Shown here: piece by piece, positions 54,932-64,000 of the stretch | How positions within the stretch are numbered: the stretch's first letter is position 1 | Layout: each line of letters opens with the position of its first letter | DNA from: a virus | Direction: 5' to 3' (one strand) | Virus record (IMG/VR): IMGVR_UViG_3300023242_000001 | Location: 1-64,000 of that record | DNA length: 64,000 bases | The notes under the pieces: model-generated | The model's input: the letters and a program-made list of their open reading frames with translations, nothing else | Databases searched by the model: none | What the model was told of the DNA's origin: nothing | Made by a program: the position numbers and the translations under genes

Positions 54932-55843
54932 TCAGGTCATTCCTTCAATTTCTGCGCGGAAATTGCTTGAGCTAAAGTTGTCGATGGTCAGACTCCAGTC
55001 GGCCAAAAACCCGTAAACGATCAGCGAGCCGAACGCGGTGGAGCCAATCCACACGACGTTGGTGGCTCGGAACCGGCTGACGTTTTTGACCACCGCATCG
55101 ACGTTCTCGCGCAGCACCATGACGTTCAGGCTCATCTTTTGGCTGTAAGCGCGCTCGATCAATTGGATGTTCCCGAACGCATCGGGCTCTTTGCGCGAAA
55201 AGTCCCGAATCGAAACGCTGGCGCCGTATTGCGTGTCGCCCACTTCGGTCACAAGCCCGACAACCAGCATCCCGAGGGACACAGTGCCACCCGTGCGGGT
55301 GATGACGATGGTCAGCACGCCGTCGCCGTAAGCGGGCAAATTGAGCAGCGCGGCGTCGATCAGGTTGGTGATGACAAGCTCGGACTGCTCGTACACCGGC
55401 TCATAAAAATACTGATACCAATCGCCCACGTTGACGCCTGACGTGAGGTTGGTGCTGGCGCTGTAGACGGTTTCGCCACCGGCCACAAGCGTCACGCTGA
55501 CGGTTGCAGCACTCAGGCCCAACAGCGCCAAGCTGTTGATGCGGCCCGGCGCGAGCACGATGGTCATGCTGTCGGCCACGGTGGTGACAGTGCCGATTTT
55601 TTGGTCGAACATCGCCCAGCGGTTTGTCGGGGCAACAGCGAGCCATCGGGTCGGGGCCAGTTCGGGCAGCGTGGCGTTCACGCCGGCGATCACGTTCTCG
55701 TAAATCTGGTGCGTGGTGGTGCGGATCACGCGCTGGCCGACCGTGTAGCTGGTGGCAGCCACCCACGCCGGGTGGTCGGCCTCGGGCACGCTGCTGCTTA
55801 CCAGCCGGGCGTCGTTGATCGCGGTGGGTCGGATGAATTTCAT
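54932..55843 (-). CDS. Minor tail (distal tail-like) protein
   Basis: Follows TMP; TNRWAMFD, DFSRK..D.FG. Confidence 0.7.
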   Translation of the reverse strand: MKFIRPTAINDARLVSSSVPEADHPAWVAATSYTVGQRVIRTTTHQIYENVIAGVNATLPELAPTRWLAVAPTNRWAMFDQKIGTVTTVADSMTIVLAPGRINSLALLGLSAATVSVTLVAGGETVYSASTNLTSGVNVGDWYQYFYEPVYEQSELVITNLIDAALLNLPAYGDGVLTIVITRTGGTVSLGMLVVGLVTEVGDTQYGASVSIRDFSRKEPDAFGNIQLIERAYSQKMSLNVMVLRENVDAVVKNVSRFRATNVVWIGSTAFGSLIVYGFLADWSLTIDNFSSSNFRAEIEGMT

Positions 55844-58800
55844 GTAGCGGTAATCAGGGGTTGTTTGCCGCGTGCGGAGTCGTCAAGCACGGTGGCGGTG
55901 CGCTCGGCGTGGCGGTTGCCGGTGGCGCCGATGATTTGCAGGCGCTGCACTTCGGCGGTCAGCACTTCGACAAGCCTCTCAAGGCGTTCGGTGTTGCCGC
56001 CACCGACGCCCGATGTCGCCGGGTTGTAGGCCGCTGGCACAATCATTTCGCCTTTGTGGACTCGGGCGTCCATGTCGTAAGGCACGAAGTTGGTCCCAAC
56101 GGCAAACTGCCGCTTCTCTTTTTTGCCGTAGAGCGCGAAGTGAACGGACGCGAACTCTGCGGCGTCCATGCCGTAGGTGTTGCCGCTGGCGAAGCTGGCC
56201 GCCACATCGGGGTAGCGCAGCAGGTAGGCGGCAGCTCGGGCCGCGTCGGTTTGACCCACAAAGTCAGATACGCCCACCACAGCGCCCGATGCTGTTTTTA
56301 CGGTGCCGTCGGTGTTGAAAGCGCCCGACTGAAGCCGCGTGCTATCCACTGCGGCCTGCTGGATTTTCACTGCGGTCTGCGAGGTTTGCGCAGTTGTGAG
56401 TGCGGACTGTGCGCCCGTGAACGCAGCCAGGGCAGCGGACACACTCAGCACGCTGGCGTTGATCGCGCCCAGCGCGTCGAGCTGCTTGCTGTTGACGCCC
56501 ATCAGGTCGTCCAGCGCCTCAAGCTGCCGCTCGGCCTCGGTGAGCTGGTAGCCCGAGACTTCGCTCAGCTTGCTCAGTTTGCCCGCCAAGACCAGTTGAT
56601 CGCGCTCTTGCTCAAACCGCGTGGCGTAGGCGGCCTTGCCGATGTCGCCGGTCACGGCGCCGATGGCGTCGCGCAGTTGCGAGGCGTCGGGCAGGTAGCC
56701 GGTGGATAGCGCCGTGGAAAGTGCCGCATCAATGAACGCCCGACCCTGCGCGCCTGCCTGCGACGATGTGCTGGCGACCTCGCTGTACAAGCTGCGCACC
56801 GCGTCGCGCACGGTCTCGAACACGGCGCGGGTGGCGCTCACGGTTTCGCGCAGCACGTCGCTTTGCAGCTTGAGCGCGTTTTGCACCGCTTCGATGGCGC
56901 CGCGTGCGGACCCTTGTTGTGCCTGCTGCTCGGCTGCACGGGCGGCGTCGAGGTCGGACTGTGCGGCGTCGAGCGCCTTTTGCGCGTTGTCCACCGTGAG
57001 CTGGGCGGCGTTTTGCGCGAACTGGTTGAGTTCCTGCACAGCGCTGAGTTGGCGGGCGGCGAGCTGGTTGGCGCTGGCTTGGGCCAGCTGGTTGGCTGCG
57101 TCCGCCAAATTGCGCACCGACTGGTCTGCGGCGGCTGCTGCTGCTGCCAGTGACTGCGTGCTGCCGACAAGCTGCGCGAACCCTCCGCCCAAGGTCACCA
57201 GCGCTGCGTAGGTGGCTCGCCCGGCTTCGGTGTTGATGTCTTGCGCGTCGACCAGTGCGCGGTACTGCGCGAGAGCGTCGGTGGCGCCGGTGTTGGGCAG
57301 CGCAATGCCCAGCCTGCCCAACGTCTCGGTGAGCTGGCGAACGCCGGTGGCGGTGCGCTCTTGCTCGCTGTAGAACGCTTCGTAATAGGTGCTGGTGGCG
57401 GTGGCGAAGTTTTCTAGCCCGCCGAATGCGTCGGCCAGCTTGCTTGCCAAGTCGCCGCCGGCCAAGCTCGTTTCCAGCAGCTTGTAGCCCAGCGTGTCAA
57501 ACGTGCCGTTCACCACCAGCAGGCTGCTGCTGAGCCGCTTGATGGCCAGCAGCGAGGTTTCACCCGCCCGCACAAACTCCGTACCGCCCAAGATAGCTGC
57601 TGCGACCATTTCTTCCAGTTGGGCCTTGAACTCGGCCCCGCCCTTGGTCGGATCGCCGTCAAGTCGGTTGTTGTTGAACGAGCCAATCAGGTTTCCGCTG
57701 TCAAATATCTGCGCTTGTCCGAAGCTGTTTTTCTGCGCGCCTTGGCCGTTGAGGTTGGCCGTGAAGCCTGCGTCCATGCTGAGCGCCATGCTCATACCCA
57801 GGGTTTTTGCAAGCCCCTTGGCAGCGGTCAGCGTGCCGTCCACCGTGGTCTTCACGAAGTCCATCAGCCCCGCGTTCTGGCGATCAAGCATGTCGTGGTA
57901 TCCAGCGTCACCTGTGAGGCTCGTTGCAACGCTGCGCGCATCGGTTCCGCTGCTGCTGTAGATGCCGCCTTCATGCTGCCGCCCTGGGGTCTTCTTCATG
58001 AGGGCAGCTACAACAAGCGCCGCGACCGCAATGTAAGGTGCAGCCGCCATCAGGCCCGAAGCAGCGCCACCTATCGCTCCCATTGCTCCACCGCCCGCTT
58101 GCGCTGTGAGCGCCAAGCCGGATGCACCAAACCCGCCCGTCTGCGCGGCGAGCATGGCCGCCTGACTTCCGACGCCGATGCTGGTGGTCCCGATGGCTGC
58201 GCCGTAGGCGGCTGAGCTGCCCAGGATGCCAGCGCCGCCGAACAGGTTTTTCAGTCCTGACGCGCCGCTGAGAAGCCCGCTGATCCCACCACCGCCGCCG
58301 CCTTGCCCCGCCTGCGCCGCGCCGCCCGTCAGCGCACCGGTGAGGGTCTGAGCCAGAGGCTTCACAAATGCCTCGATCGTCGGGCGCAACACCATCTTCT
58401 TGAAGGCGTTGACCAGGTAGTTCTTCAACGTGTCGACGAAGCCCTTGCCACTGGAGAGTCCGGCCTCGATCGCATCCGAAAGGGTCTTGGTGATCTCGTC
58501 CTGCGTGCCTTTGTCGAACAGCTTGGCAGCCTCGCCACGCGCGTTGTCGACAGCCTGCACCATGGCGCCTTGCAGGCCTTTCAGCTCAGCCTCGGCCGCT
58601 GCCAGCAGGCCCGCGTCGCCGCCGCTTGCCTTGTAGTCGTCGATGGCCTTGCGGATCTTCAACTCTTGCGCCAAGAACTCCAGGCGCTTCTTGGCGCCGG
58701 CCATCTCGATGGAGGCGTTGCGCTCGGACATGCCAGCGGTGGACTCCTCGAGCGCAAGCTTCTCGCGCGCCAGCGTCTGCGAGTCAAGCTCTGCGGTGCG

Positions 58801-61800
58801 GAACTTCTCGAGGTCGTCGAGGGCTTTGTTGATGCCTTCGGCGCGCTTGATCAGGCGTTGGCGGGCTTGGTTGTCCGCCTCGGTATTCAGGGTCTTGAGC
58901 GCCTGCTCCTTCTGGTCGATACGGACCTCTAGGGCATCCACGTCCGCTGCGAGCTTCTCGGCCGAGCCCCTGACGGGCTTGTCTTTTGCAGCTTCGTCGA
59001 TCAGCTTTTGCTTGAAGACCTTGGCCTGCGCAATGTCGGCCTCGAGGTTGGCCTTGCGGGACGCCATCGTGCTGTCTTGCAGGCGGTCGATCGCGACGCC
59101 GTACTCCGACTCCGTGGTCAAGCGCAGAGCAAGTGACACCTTCTGCATCGACTCCTCTGCGCTCAGGCGCTCAGCGAAGCCCCTCTCCAGGGTGTCGCTG
59201 GCTTTGAAGAAGTTGGCGATTTCCTTTTGCAGGAACTCTTTTTTGGCGTTGGCTGCGTTCTCGAGCCCGGCGCGCAGCTCGGAGACGTCACCGTCAGGTC
59301 CCGTAGGCATCCTGCGGGTTTTGGCGGCCATCGCATCTGCGATGAGCTTGTTGTCGTTGGCGCTCTGCTTGAGAAGATCCGACAGATTGATAAAGTTGCG
59401 CTTGCGCGCGTCGGCCCCCTGCTGCACGAAGCGAACCGTCTCGTCGATGTCCCGGTCGCTCTGTAGGGCGGCCACTGCCTTGGCCCCTTGCGCCGTTTGC
59501 GCGTAAGGGGTGTCCCTCATCTGCTGGTTGATGCGCTTCTTCTCAACGGCCATGACCCGGGCGGTTGCAACCTCCTGCGCGGCAAGGTCGTCCAGCCGCC
59601 TAACTGCGATACGCGCTTCGACGTTGTAGCTGGCCACTTTGCCGGTCAGCACATCGATCATGGCCTGCTTCTCAACGGCCAGCCGCTCAATCTCGGCCTC
59701 CATTGCCTCCTTGGTGGCCGCGTAATGCCCGTCCACCGCGAAGGTGGCCTTCTCCATGGCCGTTTCGGTGTCCTTGGAGAACGCCAGGTAGGCGAGGCCT
59801 CCGGCAACCAAGATGAGGCCTATGGCGCCCGCCGCCGCGTTGAGAACAGTAAAGGTCCCCGCAACTCCCGTAGCGGTCACGCCGAGCGCAAGCAGTCCTG
59901 CGGTGAGCGCTGGCGTCGATACCAAGAGCAGCGCCTGCGCGCCTAACGTGAGCAGCATGGCGGCCTTGGCTGCAAGGTAGCCGGTGGCCATGGCAGCCAA
60001 CACCTTGGCGCTGTCTGCGATCAGGCGGATGAAGTCGGCGATGCCCACCACCAAGCTCTGCAGACCAGAGCGGAACTCCTCAGAGTTGAAGAGCGCTCGC
60101 ATGTCTTGGGCGAGAACCTGGATGGTTGGGCTGACGACGCCGAAGGTCTCGACCAGGGCGGCCTCAAGCGATGCAAAAACACCCTTGATCTGATTCGATG
60201 TCGTCTGGGCCAGGCCAATACCAGCCAGTGCGGCGAACCCCGGAGCCTCCTGCAGGGTCTTGACGATCTCATCGAGCCTGTTCTCGAACCCCTTGCCCAG
60301 CTCCTTTGCCTCTTGGTTGAAGGCCATGAGAACGGCCGACAAAGATTTCAGGCCCCGCTCGTTGCCCAGAGCCTGCAGCGCTTTCTGCTGCTTCTCAAAG
60401 CTCATCCCTGAGAGCTCCTTGGCAAGGTCTCGCACGATCTCTGTGAGCGGGCGGACGGCCTTCGTCGCCTCGTCAAAGATGCTGGTCTTGAAAACCTTGC
60501 TCAGCACCATCTCAGCGCGCTTGGACGAGCCCATCAGCTCGTTGTACATGTTGCGCATGGCCGTGCCAGCCGCGGTGCCGCGAATGCCGGATTGGCTTAG
60601 CAGGGCCAGCGAGGTGGCTGCGTCCTGCACAGTCACACCGTACTGCTGAGCCACGGTCGAGGCCTGCTTGAACGACTCGGTCATCGACTCGACCGAGCTC
60701 ATCGAGATCGCGGCTGCCTTGGAGATTACGTCAGCTACCGTGCCAAAGCCTGTGGCCGAGTAGCCAAACGCGGTGGAAATCGCCACCAGGCTCTCGGCGG
60801 CTTTGCCCGCTTCAAGCTCGCCAGCAACCGAGAAGTTGAGCACAGGTTTGAGCGCTGCCAGCTGCTCTTTGGCATTCAGGCCCGCCAGCGACAACGCCTT
60901 CAGCGCGGTCGCGATCTCCAGCGGACCCTTGACGCCCACGCGGGCAAGGTCCAGTGTTGACTGGGCAAGCTGGTCGACAGCCTGCGCCGACTCGCCGCCG
61001 AGGTAGCGGATGGCTGCCAGGCGCTGCTCAAACTCAGCGCCCTTTTTGATGGTCTGCACGAATGCGTTGGAGACGGCGGCGCCGACGAGCAGCGGCGCGA
61101 TCGAGCCCCAGGTCAGCCACATGGCGTTGAACCCGGAGGCAAGTCCCCGCGTGAGTGAGTGGCCCTCGCGCAGCAGCCCGTTCAGGTTGCCCATGGTGCC
61201 AGCAGCGCCGGCCCCCGCGCGCTGGAATTCACCGAGGTTTTTGGCTGCGGCCAGCGCCGCAGCCCCGTACCTTGCTGCGGCATCCGCCTCCGACATACCC
61301 CCCGCCAGCGCCCCGGACACGCGCGTGGCGCGGCTCAGCTGCCCTGCGCGACTCATGGCCCCGAATCCCGCGTTCCTGTCGATGCCTGCGTTGGCGTTGC
61401 GGGCTGCCCGAAGCTGTGCCGCCGCCTCCTCTGCGGCCAGCTTGGCCCTCAGGGCCGCCAGACCCGCGCCAGCTCTGGCCACCAGCGCCTGGCGCTCTTG
61501 GGCCAGCCTCTGCTCGTCGAGCATGTCCTGGCGGCGCAGGGCCAGGACTTTCCCCGAGTTTCTCGCCTCCGCCTCGAACGCGGCCAGCCGAAGCTTGTCA
61601 CCCGCAAACAGGCTGGCCCCTCCCTGGCGGGCCTGCTGAAGTTCGGGGATTGTTCGTGCCCGGAGGGCGGCAAGCGCCTCATACTCCGCCTGCACCTGTG
61701 CCCGTCGTGCGCGCACCGTAGCGATGGTGCTGTCCGCCAGCGCATCCCCAACCTCTTTGCCGACCTTCTTGGCTGCTGCCTTGCCCTTGCCCGACGCGTC

Positions 61801-62028
61801 CTTGACCGCCTTGTCAAGCTCTGCCGGCAGCTCCTTGAAGGCCTTCTGCATCGAGATGGCCGTGCCCTCCAGCGTACTGCGCAGGTTGAGCATCTGCGCG
61901 CGCAGGTTGCGGGGCGACATGTTGTCGATCTGCGCCAGGGCCGCGCGAAGATCCGCCAACGCCTCCAGTATCGGCCGCATGGCCTGGACAAACGGGGCGC
62001 CGTCAACTCCGATGTTTGGCCCGCTCAT
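55840..62028 (-). CDS. Tail tape measure protein
   Basis: 2062 aa, Ala-rich helical, TP901-type core (GIRGTAAGTAMRN). Confidence 0.92.
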   Translation of the reverse strand: MSGPNIGVDGAPFVQAMRPILEALADLRAALAQIDNMSPRNLRAQMLNLRSTLEGTAISMQKAFKELPAELDKAVKDASGKGKAAAKKVGKEVGDALADSTIATVRARRAQVQAEYEALAALRARTIPELQQARQGGASLFAGDKLRLAAFEAEARNSGKVLALRRQDMLDEQRLAQERQALVARAGAGLAALRAKLAAEEAAAQLRAARNANAGIDRNAGFGAMSRAGQLSRATRVSGALAGGMSEADAAARYGAAALAAAKNLGEFQRAGAGAAGTMGNLNGLLREGHSLTRGLASGFNAMWLTWGSIAPLLVGAAVSNAFVQTIKKGAEFEQRLAAIRYLGGESAQAVDQLAQSTLDLARVGVKGPLEIATALKALSLAGLNAKEQLAALKPVLNFSVAGELEAGKAAESLVAISTAFGYSATGFGTVADVISKAAAISMSSVESMTESFKQASTVAQQYGVTVQDAATSLALLSQSGIRGTAAGTAMRNMYNELMGSSKRAEMVLSKVFKTSIFDEATKAVRPLTEIVRDLAKELSGMSFEKQQKALQALGNERGLKSLSAVLMAFNQEAKELGKGFENRLDEIVKTLQEAPGFAALAGIGLAQTTSNQIKGVFASLEAALVETFGVVSPTIQVLAQDMRALFNSEEFRSGLQSLVVGIADFIRLIADSAKVLAAMATGYLAAKAAMLLTLGAQALLLVSTPALTAGLLALGVTATGVAGTFTVLNAAAGAIGLILVAGGLAYLAFSKDTETAMEKATFAVDGHYAATKEAMEAEIERLAVEKQAMIDVLTGKVASYNVEARIAVRRLDDLAAQEVATARVMAVEKKRINQQMRDTPYAQTAQGAKAVAALQSDRDIDETVRFVQQGADARKRNFINLSDLLKQSANDNKLIADAMAAKTRRMPTGPDGDVSELRAGLENAANAKKEFLQKEIANFFKASDTLERGFAERLSAEESMQKVSLALRLTTESEYGVAIDRLQDSTMASRKANLEADIAQAKVFKQKLIDEAAKDKPVRGSAEKLAADVDALEVRIDQKEQALKTLNTEADNQARQRLIKRAEGINKALDDLEKFRTAELDSQTLAREKLALEESTAGMSERNASIEMAGAKKRLEFLAQELKIRKAIDDYKASGGDAGLLAAAEAELKGLQGAMVQAVDNARGEAAKLFDKGTQDEITKTLSDAIEAGLSSGKGFVDTLKNYLVNAFKKMVLRPTIEAFVKPLAQTLTGALTGGAAQAGQGGGGGGISGLLSGASGLKNLFGGAGILGSSAAYGAAIGTTSIGVGSQAAMLAAQTGGFGASGLALTAQAGGGAMGAIGGAASGLMAAAPYIAVAALVVAALMKKTPGRQHEGGIYSSSGTDARSVATSLTGDAGYHDMLDRQNAGLMDFVKTTVDGTLTAAKGLAKTLGMSMALSMDAGFTANLNGQGAQKNSFGQAQIFDSGNLIGSFNNNRLDGDPTKGGAEFKAQLEEMVAAAILGGTEFVRAGETSLLAIKRLSSSLLVVNGTFDTLGYKLLETSLAGGDLASKLADAFGGLENFATATSTYYEAFYSEQERTATGVRQLTETLGRLGIALPNTGATDALAQYRALVDAQDINTEAGRATYAALVTLGGGFAQLVGSTQSLAAAAAAADQSVRNLADAANQLAQASANQLAARQLSAVQELNQFAQNAAQLTVDNAQKALDAAQSDLDAARAAEQQAQQGSARGAIEAVQNALKLQSDVLRETVSATRAVFETVRDAVRSLYSEVASTSSQAGAQGRAFIDAALSTALSTGYLPDASQLRDAIGAVTGDIGKAAYATRFEQERDQLVLAGKLSKLSEVSGYQLTEAERQLEALDDLMGVNSKQLDALGAINASVLSVSAALAAFTGAQSALTTAQTSQTAVKIQQAAVDSTRLQSGAFNTDGTVKTASGAVVGVSDFVGQTDAARAAAYLLRYPDVAASFASGNTYGMDAAEFASVHFALYGKKEKRQFAVGTNFVPYDMDARVHKGEMIVPAAYNPATSGVGGGNTERLERLVEVLTAEVQRLQIIGATGNRHAERTATVLDDSARGKQPLITAT

Positions 62029-62144
62029 TTGCCGACCCCCGAACGCGCAACCAAAGCAGCCCGCAGATCCGTGAGGCTCTGCAGGATGGGTTGCATGGCC
62101 TTCTGGAAGGAAGAGCCATCAAGGTTGACGTTGGGTCCGCTCAA
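62025..62144 (-). CDS. 39-aa ORF paralogous to the TMP N-terminus
   Basis: (M)SGPNVNLDGSSFQKAMQPILQSLTDLRAAL vs MSGPNIGVDGAPFVQAMRPILEALADLRAAL. Confidence 0.55.
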   Translation of the reverse strand: MSGPNVNLDGSSFQKAMQPILQSLTDLRAALVARSGVGK

Positions 62145-62146
62145 AA

Positions 62147-62491
62147 TCAGGTCTTCGGTTGGTTGTCGGACCAGTGCTTCATGAACACCCGGTCAAGCAT
62201 TTGCAGAATGCGCAGATACTTGCTGCGCAGGTCCGCTTGCGCAATCCCCACCAGCTGCAAATAAGCCAGAACCTCAGAGATTTGCAGCGGTGTGGGCGAG
62301 CTGTGCCCCATGGGGCGCGCCTGATCCAGCGCCCGAAAAGCCTTCAGCAGCTCTTGGTCGCGCGAGTGAAGTTTGGGGATGGCGCGCAGCGGCGCCGGGG
62401 TCACCCCCGTCTGCTTGGCGCGCTCCTGAAACGCCTTGATGTGAGGCCCCCACCGGAGCTCCCACACCAAGTACGCGTTCAGCCGTTTCCC
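62147..62491 (-). CDS. Tail assembly chaperone T segment (expressed as GT fusion)
   Basis: -1 frame open from the slippery site; F..L...R..G...P. Confidence 0.75.
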   Translation of the reverse strand, partial: GKRLNAYLVWELRWGPHIKAFQERAKQTGVTPAPLRAIPKLHSRDQELLKAFRALDQARPMGHSSPTPLQISEVLAYLQLVGIAQADLRSKYLRILQMLDRVFMKHWSDNQPKT

Positions 62492-62874
62492 TGGGCCTCT
62501 TCGGCCTTCGCCTTGAAGGACTCAAAGTTGTCGCTGAAGCCCGAGACCTTCTTGCGGAAGTCCTTGATGCGCAGCATGGTGCGCGCCATCTCGCGCGAGT
62601 AAGCGACGTCCTTGCCCTTGAACTGCAGGCCCTTCCAGTCAAGCAGAATGGTGTCGGCCATCAGGTCGACCATCAGGCCTTCAGCCACCTGGTCGGCCTC
62701 GGGCGTGTTGCCCTCGAGCTCGACCGAGTGCTTCTCCATGGCCTTGCGCAAGCCGGCGGCGAAGTTGCTGTTGCCCGAGCGCGCCACGCGCACCGAGGCC
62801 GTCTTGGAGAGGTTGAACCAGGTGCCCTCGACTTCAGAGGTTTCGTCGGTGGCGTAGGAGGAGAAAATGTCCAT
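62479..62874 (-). CDS. Tail assembly chaperone G
   Basis: Between tail tube and TMP; EG.W, ILLDWKG. Confidence 0.8.
   Translation of the reverse strand: MDIFSSYATDETSEVEGTWFNLSKTASVRVARSGNSNFAAGLRKAMEKHSVELEGNTPEADQVAEGLMVDLMADTILLDWKGLQFKGKDVAYSREMARTMLRIKDFRKKVSGFSDNFESFKAKAEEAQGNG
62485..62491 (-). other. -1 ribosomal frameshift site G GGA AAC
   Basis: XXXYYYZ one codon upstream of the G stop; -1 frame reads GKRLNAYLVWELRW. Confidence 0.85.
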
Positions 62875-62902
62875 GAGGTGCTTCTTTTTATTTTCAGGGC
62901 GT

Positions 62903-62924
62903 AAAAACCGGCCCGGATGGGCCG
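62903..62924 (-). terminator. Intrinsic terminator after the major tail gene
   Basis: CGGCCC-ATCC-GGGCCG followed by GTTTTT. Confidence 0.75.
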
Positions 62925-62952
62925 ATCTATTCGGGGTGTCTCCCCAAATTCT

Positions 62953-64000
62953 TTAAGCTACAACCGCGCGGGTGATGCGGATGCCGCGGTTCGTGGCTGC
63001 GTTGAAGAAGGCAGAGAACGGCAGCGACAGCATGGTGTCGTCGGCCCGCCCGCCTGGGTTCATGCCACCGTCGGTGTAGTTGATCTTGTCAAACTCGATC
63101 AGGTAGCCGTTGCCGGCGCTGTCGGCCACACCCAGCACAAGGCTTGAGGTCGTTCCCTGGAGCCACTTGTTGTAGTAGGTCGCGTTCTCGACGTACATCT
63201 CGATGTTGCCGCTCAGTTCCAACTCGCCCAGGCCCACATCAGCGTTGCCGAACACACCGATGGCCTTCTGGCCCCGCGCGTTGTTGTTGATGCTCAGGCT
63301 CACCGACTTGATGAAGCTGGAGCTGCCCGTCAAGATGCTCTGGCCACCTTCGTAGATGGCACCCACGTCGGTCACCGAGTTCATCACCTCGAACGGCTGC
63401 GACGCAGCGGGCGTGCCCGGCAGGCGGGTGGTGGGCTGAATCGTGTGGCCCATGCCCGTGAAGCCGAACGAGCCGGTGATGATGGAGCCCACTTCCATGG
63501 ACATCTCCATCGTGTTGGGGCGCATGCCGGTGTAGGTGAGCACCTGGCTGATGTCGGTCATCAGGTATTCCATGGCAAACGAGCGCGCAACCGAGCCGTT
63601 GGACATGGTCGACTGGCTGATCGCGTAGCCCGCAGCGGCGGTGATGCCCAGGCCGGGTGCGACGATGGGCGTGCTGGGGTCCAGCGTGATGGTGGTTGCC
63701 GTGGTCGAGAGCACCTTGAACCAGCGGTTCGCGAAGTAGGCCCGCACGGCCGCAGTGGCCGCCACTGGGGGCACCACCTTGAACCAGGAGCCCACAGCCA
63801 GGGTGGTGAATGCGGACGCGCCCGTCAGCGCCACAGCCGCTGTGATGGTGCTGGCTGCGGTGGTGGCGCCAAAAACGGCACCCAGGCCGCCAACGCCGTG
63901 GTGAGCGTACGCCGAAGAGAGCACGCCCTCGAGGAACGGGTCGTATTCGCGGGCAGACAGCTCGAAATTGAAGCCGCCGTCGACATCCAGGTCGGTGCGG
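62953..64000 (-). CDS. Major tail tube protein (5' end outside the window)
   Basis: Frame open to the window edge; GGFNFELS, YTGM, SINNN.R, position upstream of chaperones. Confidence 0.8.
   Translation of the reverse strand, partial: RTDLDVDGGFNFELSAREYDPFLEGVLSSAYAHHGVGGLGAVFGATTAASTITAAVALTGASAFTTLAVGSWFKVVPPVAATAAVRAYFANRWFKVLSTTATTITLDPSTPIVAPGLGITAAAGYAISQSTMSNGSVARSFAMEYLMTDISQVLTYTGMRPNTMEMSMEVGSIITGSFGFTGMGHTIQPTTRLPGTPAASQPFEVMNSVTDVGAIYEGGQSILTGSSSFIKSVSLSINNNARGQKAIGVFGNADVGLGELELSGNIEMYVENATYYNKWLQGTTSSLVLGVADSAGNGYLIEFDKINYTDGGMNPGGRADDTMLSLPFSAFFNAATNRGIRITRAVVA

Noticed and set aside
44042-55843. Diversity-generating retroelement targeting tail fibres
   Set aside because: No reverse transcriptase and no TR/VR repeat pair seen in the window

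Overview
About 64 kb of a high-GC tailed dsDNA phage genome, probably a siphovirus (long tape measure protein, tail tube, G/GT chaperones). It is temperate (tyrosine integrase, excisionase, tRNA-Cys-derived attP) and is seen in its non-integrated form. Layout: (i) 1-900, simple repeats followed by a densely base-paired non-coding block; (ii) 960-18400, a + strand early region of about 50 small, mostly hypothetical genes; (iii) 18359-40164, a replication, recombination and nucleotide module (ATP-dependent ligase, SNF2-like helicase, primase-helicase, DEDDh exonuclease, MazG-like protein, dNMP kinase, TraR, PolA, RecU-like resolvase, SbcD, ThyA, SbcC); (iv) 41077-44024, xis, int, an HNH gene and attP; (v) 44042-64000, - strand tail and lysis genes. 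The strongest unexplained signal is a 17-copy covarying hairpin, G-N3-C-RAYT-G-N3'-C, which usually sits exactly 7 nt before the GGAG ribosome-binding site of the first gene of an early-region module. Also notable are a candidate ~700-nt structured ncRNA, a 39-aa duplicate of the tape-measure N-terminus, (AAN)n leader tracts and an inverted CCCCGACAACGYC repeat system. All protein family calls come from motifs recognised by eye; no database search was run. A proteobacterial host is inferred, not shown.
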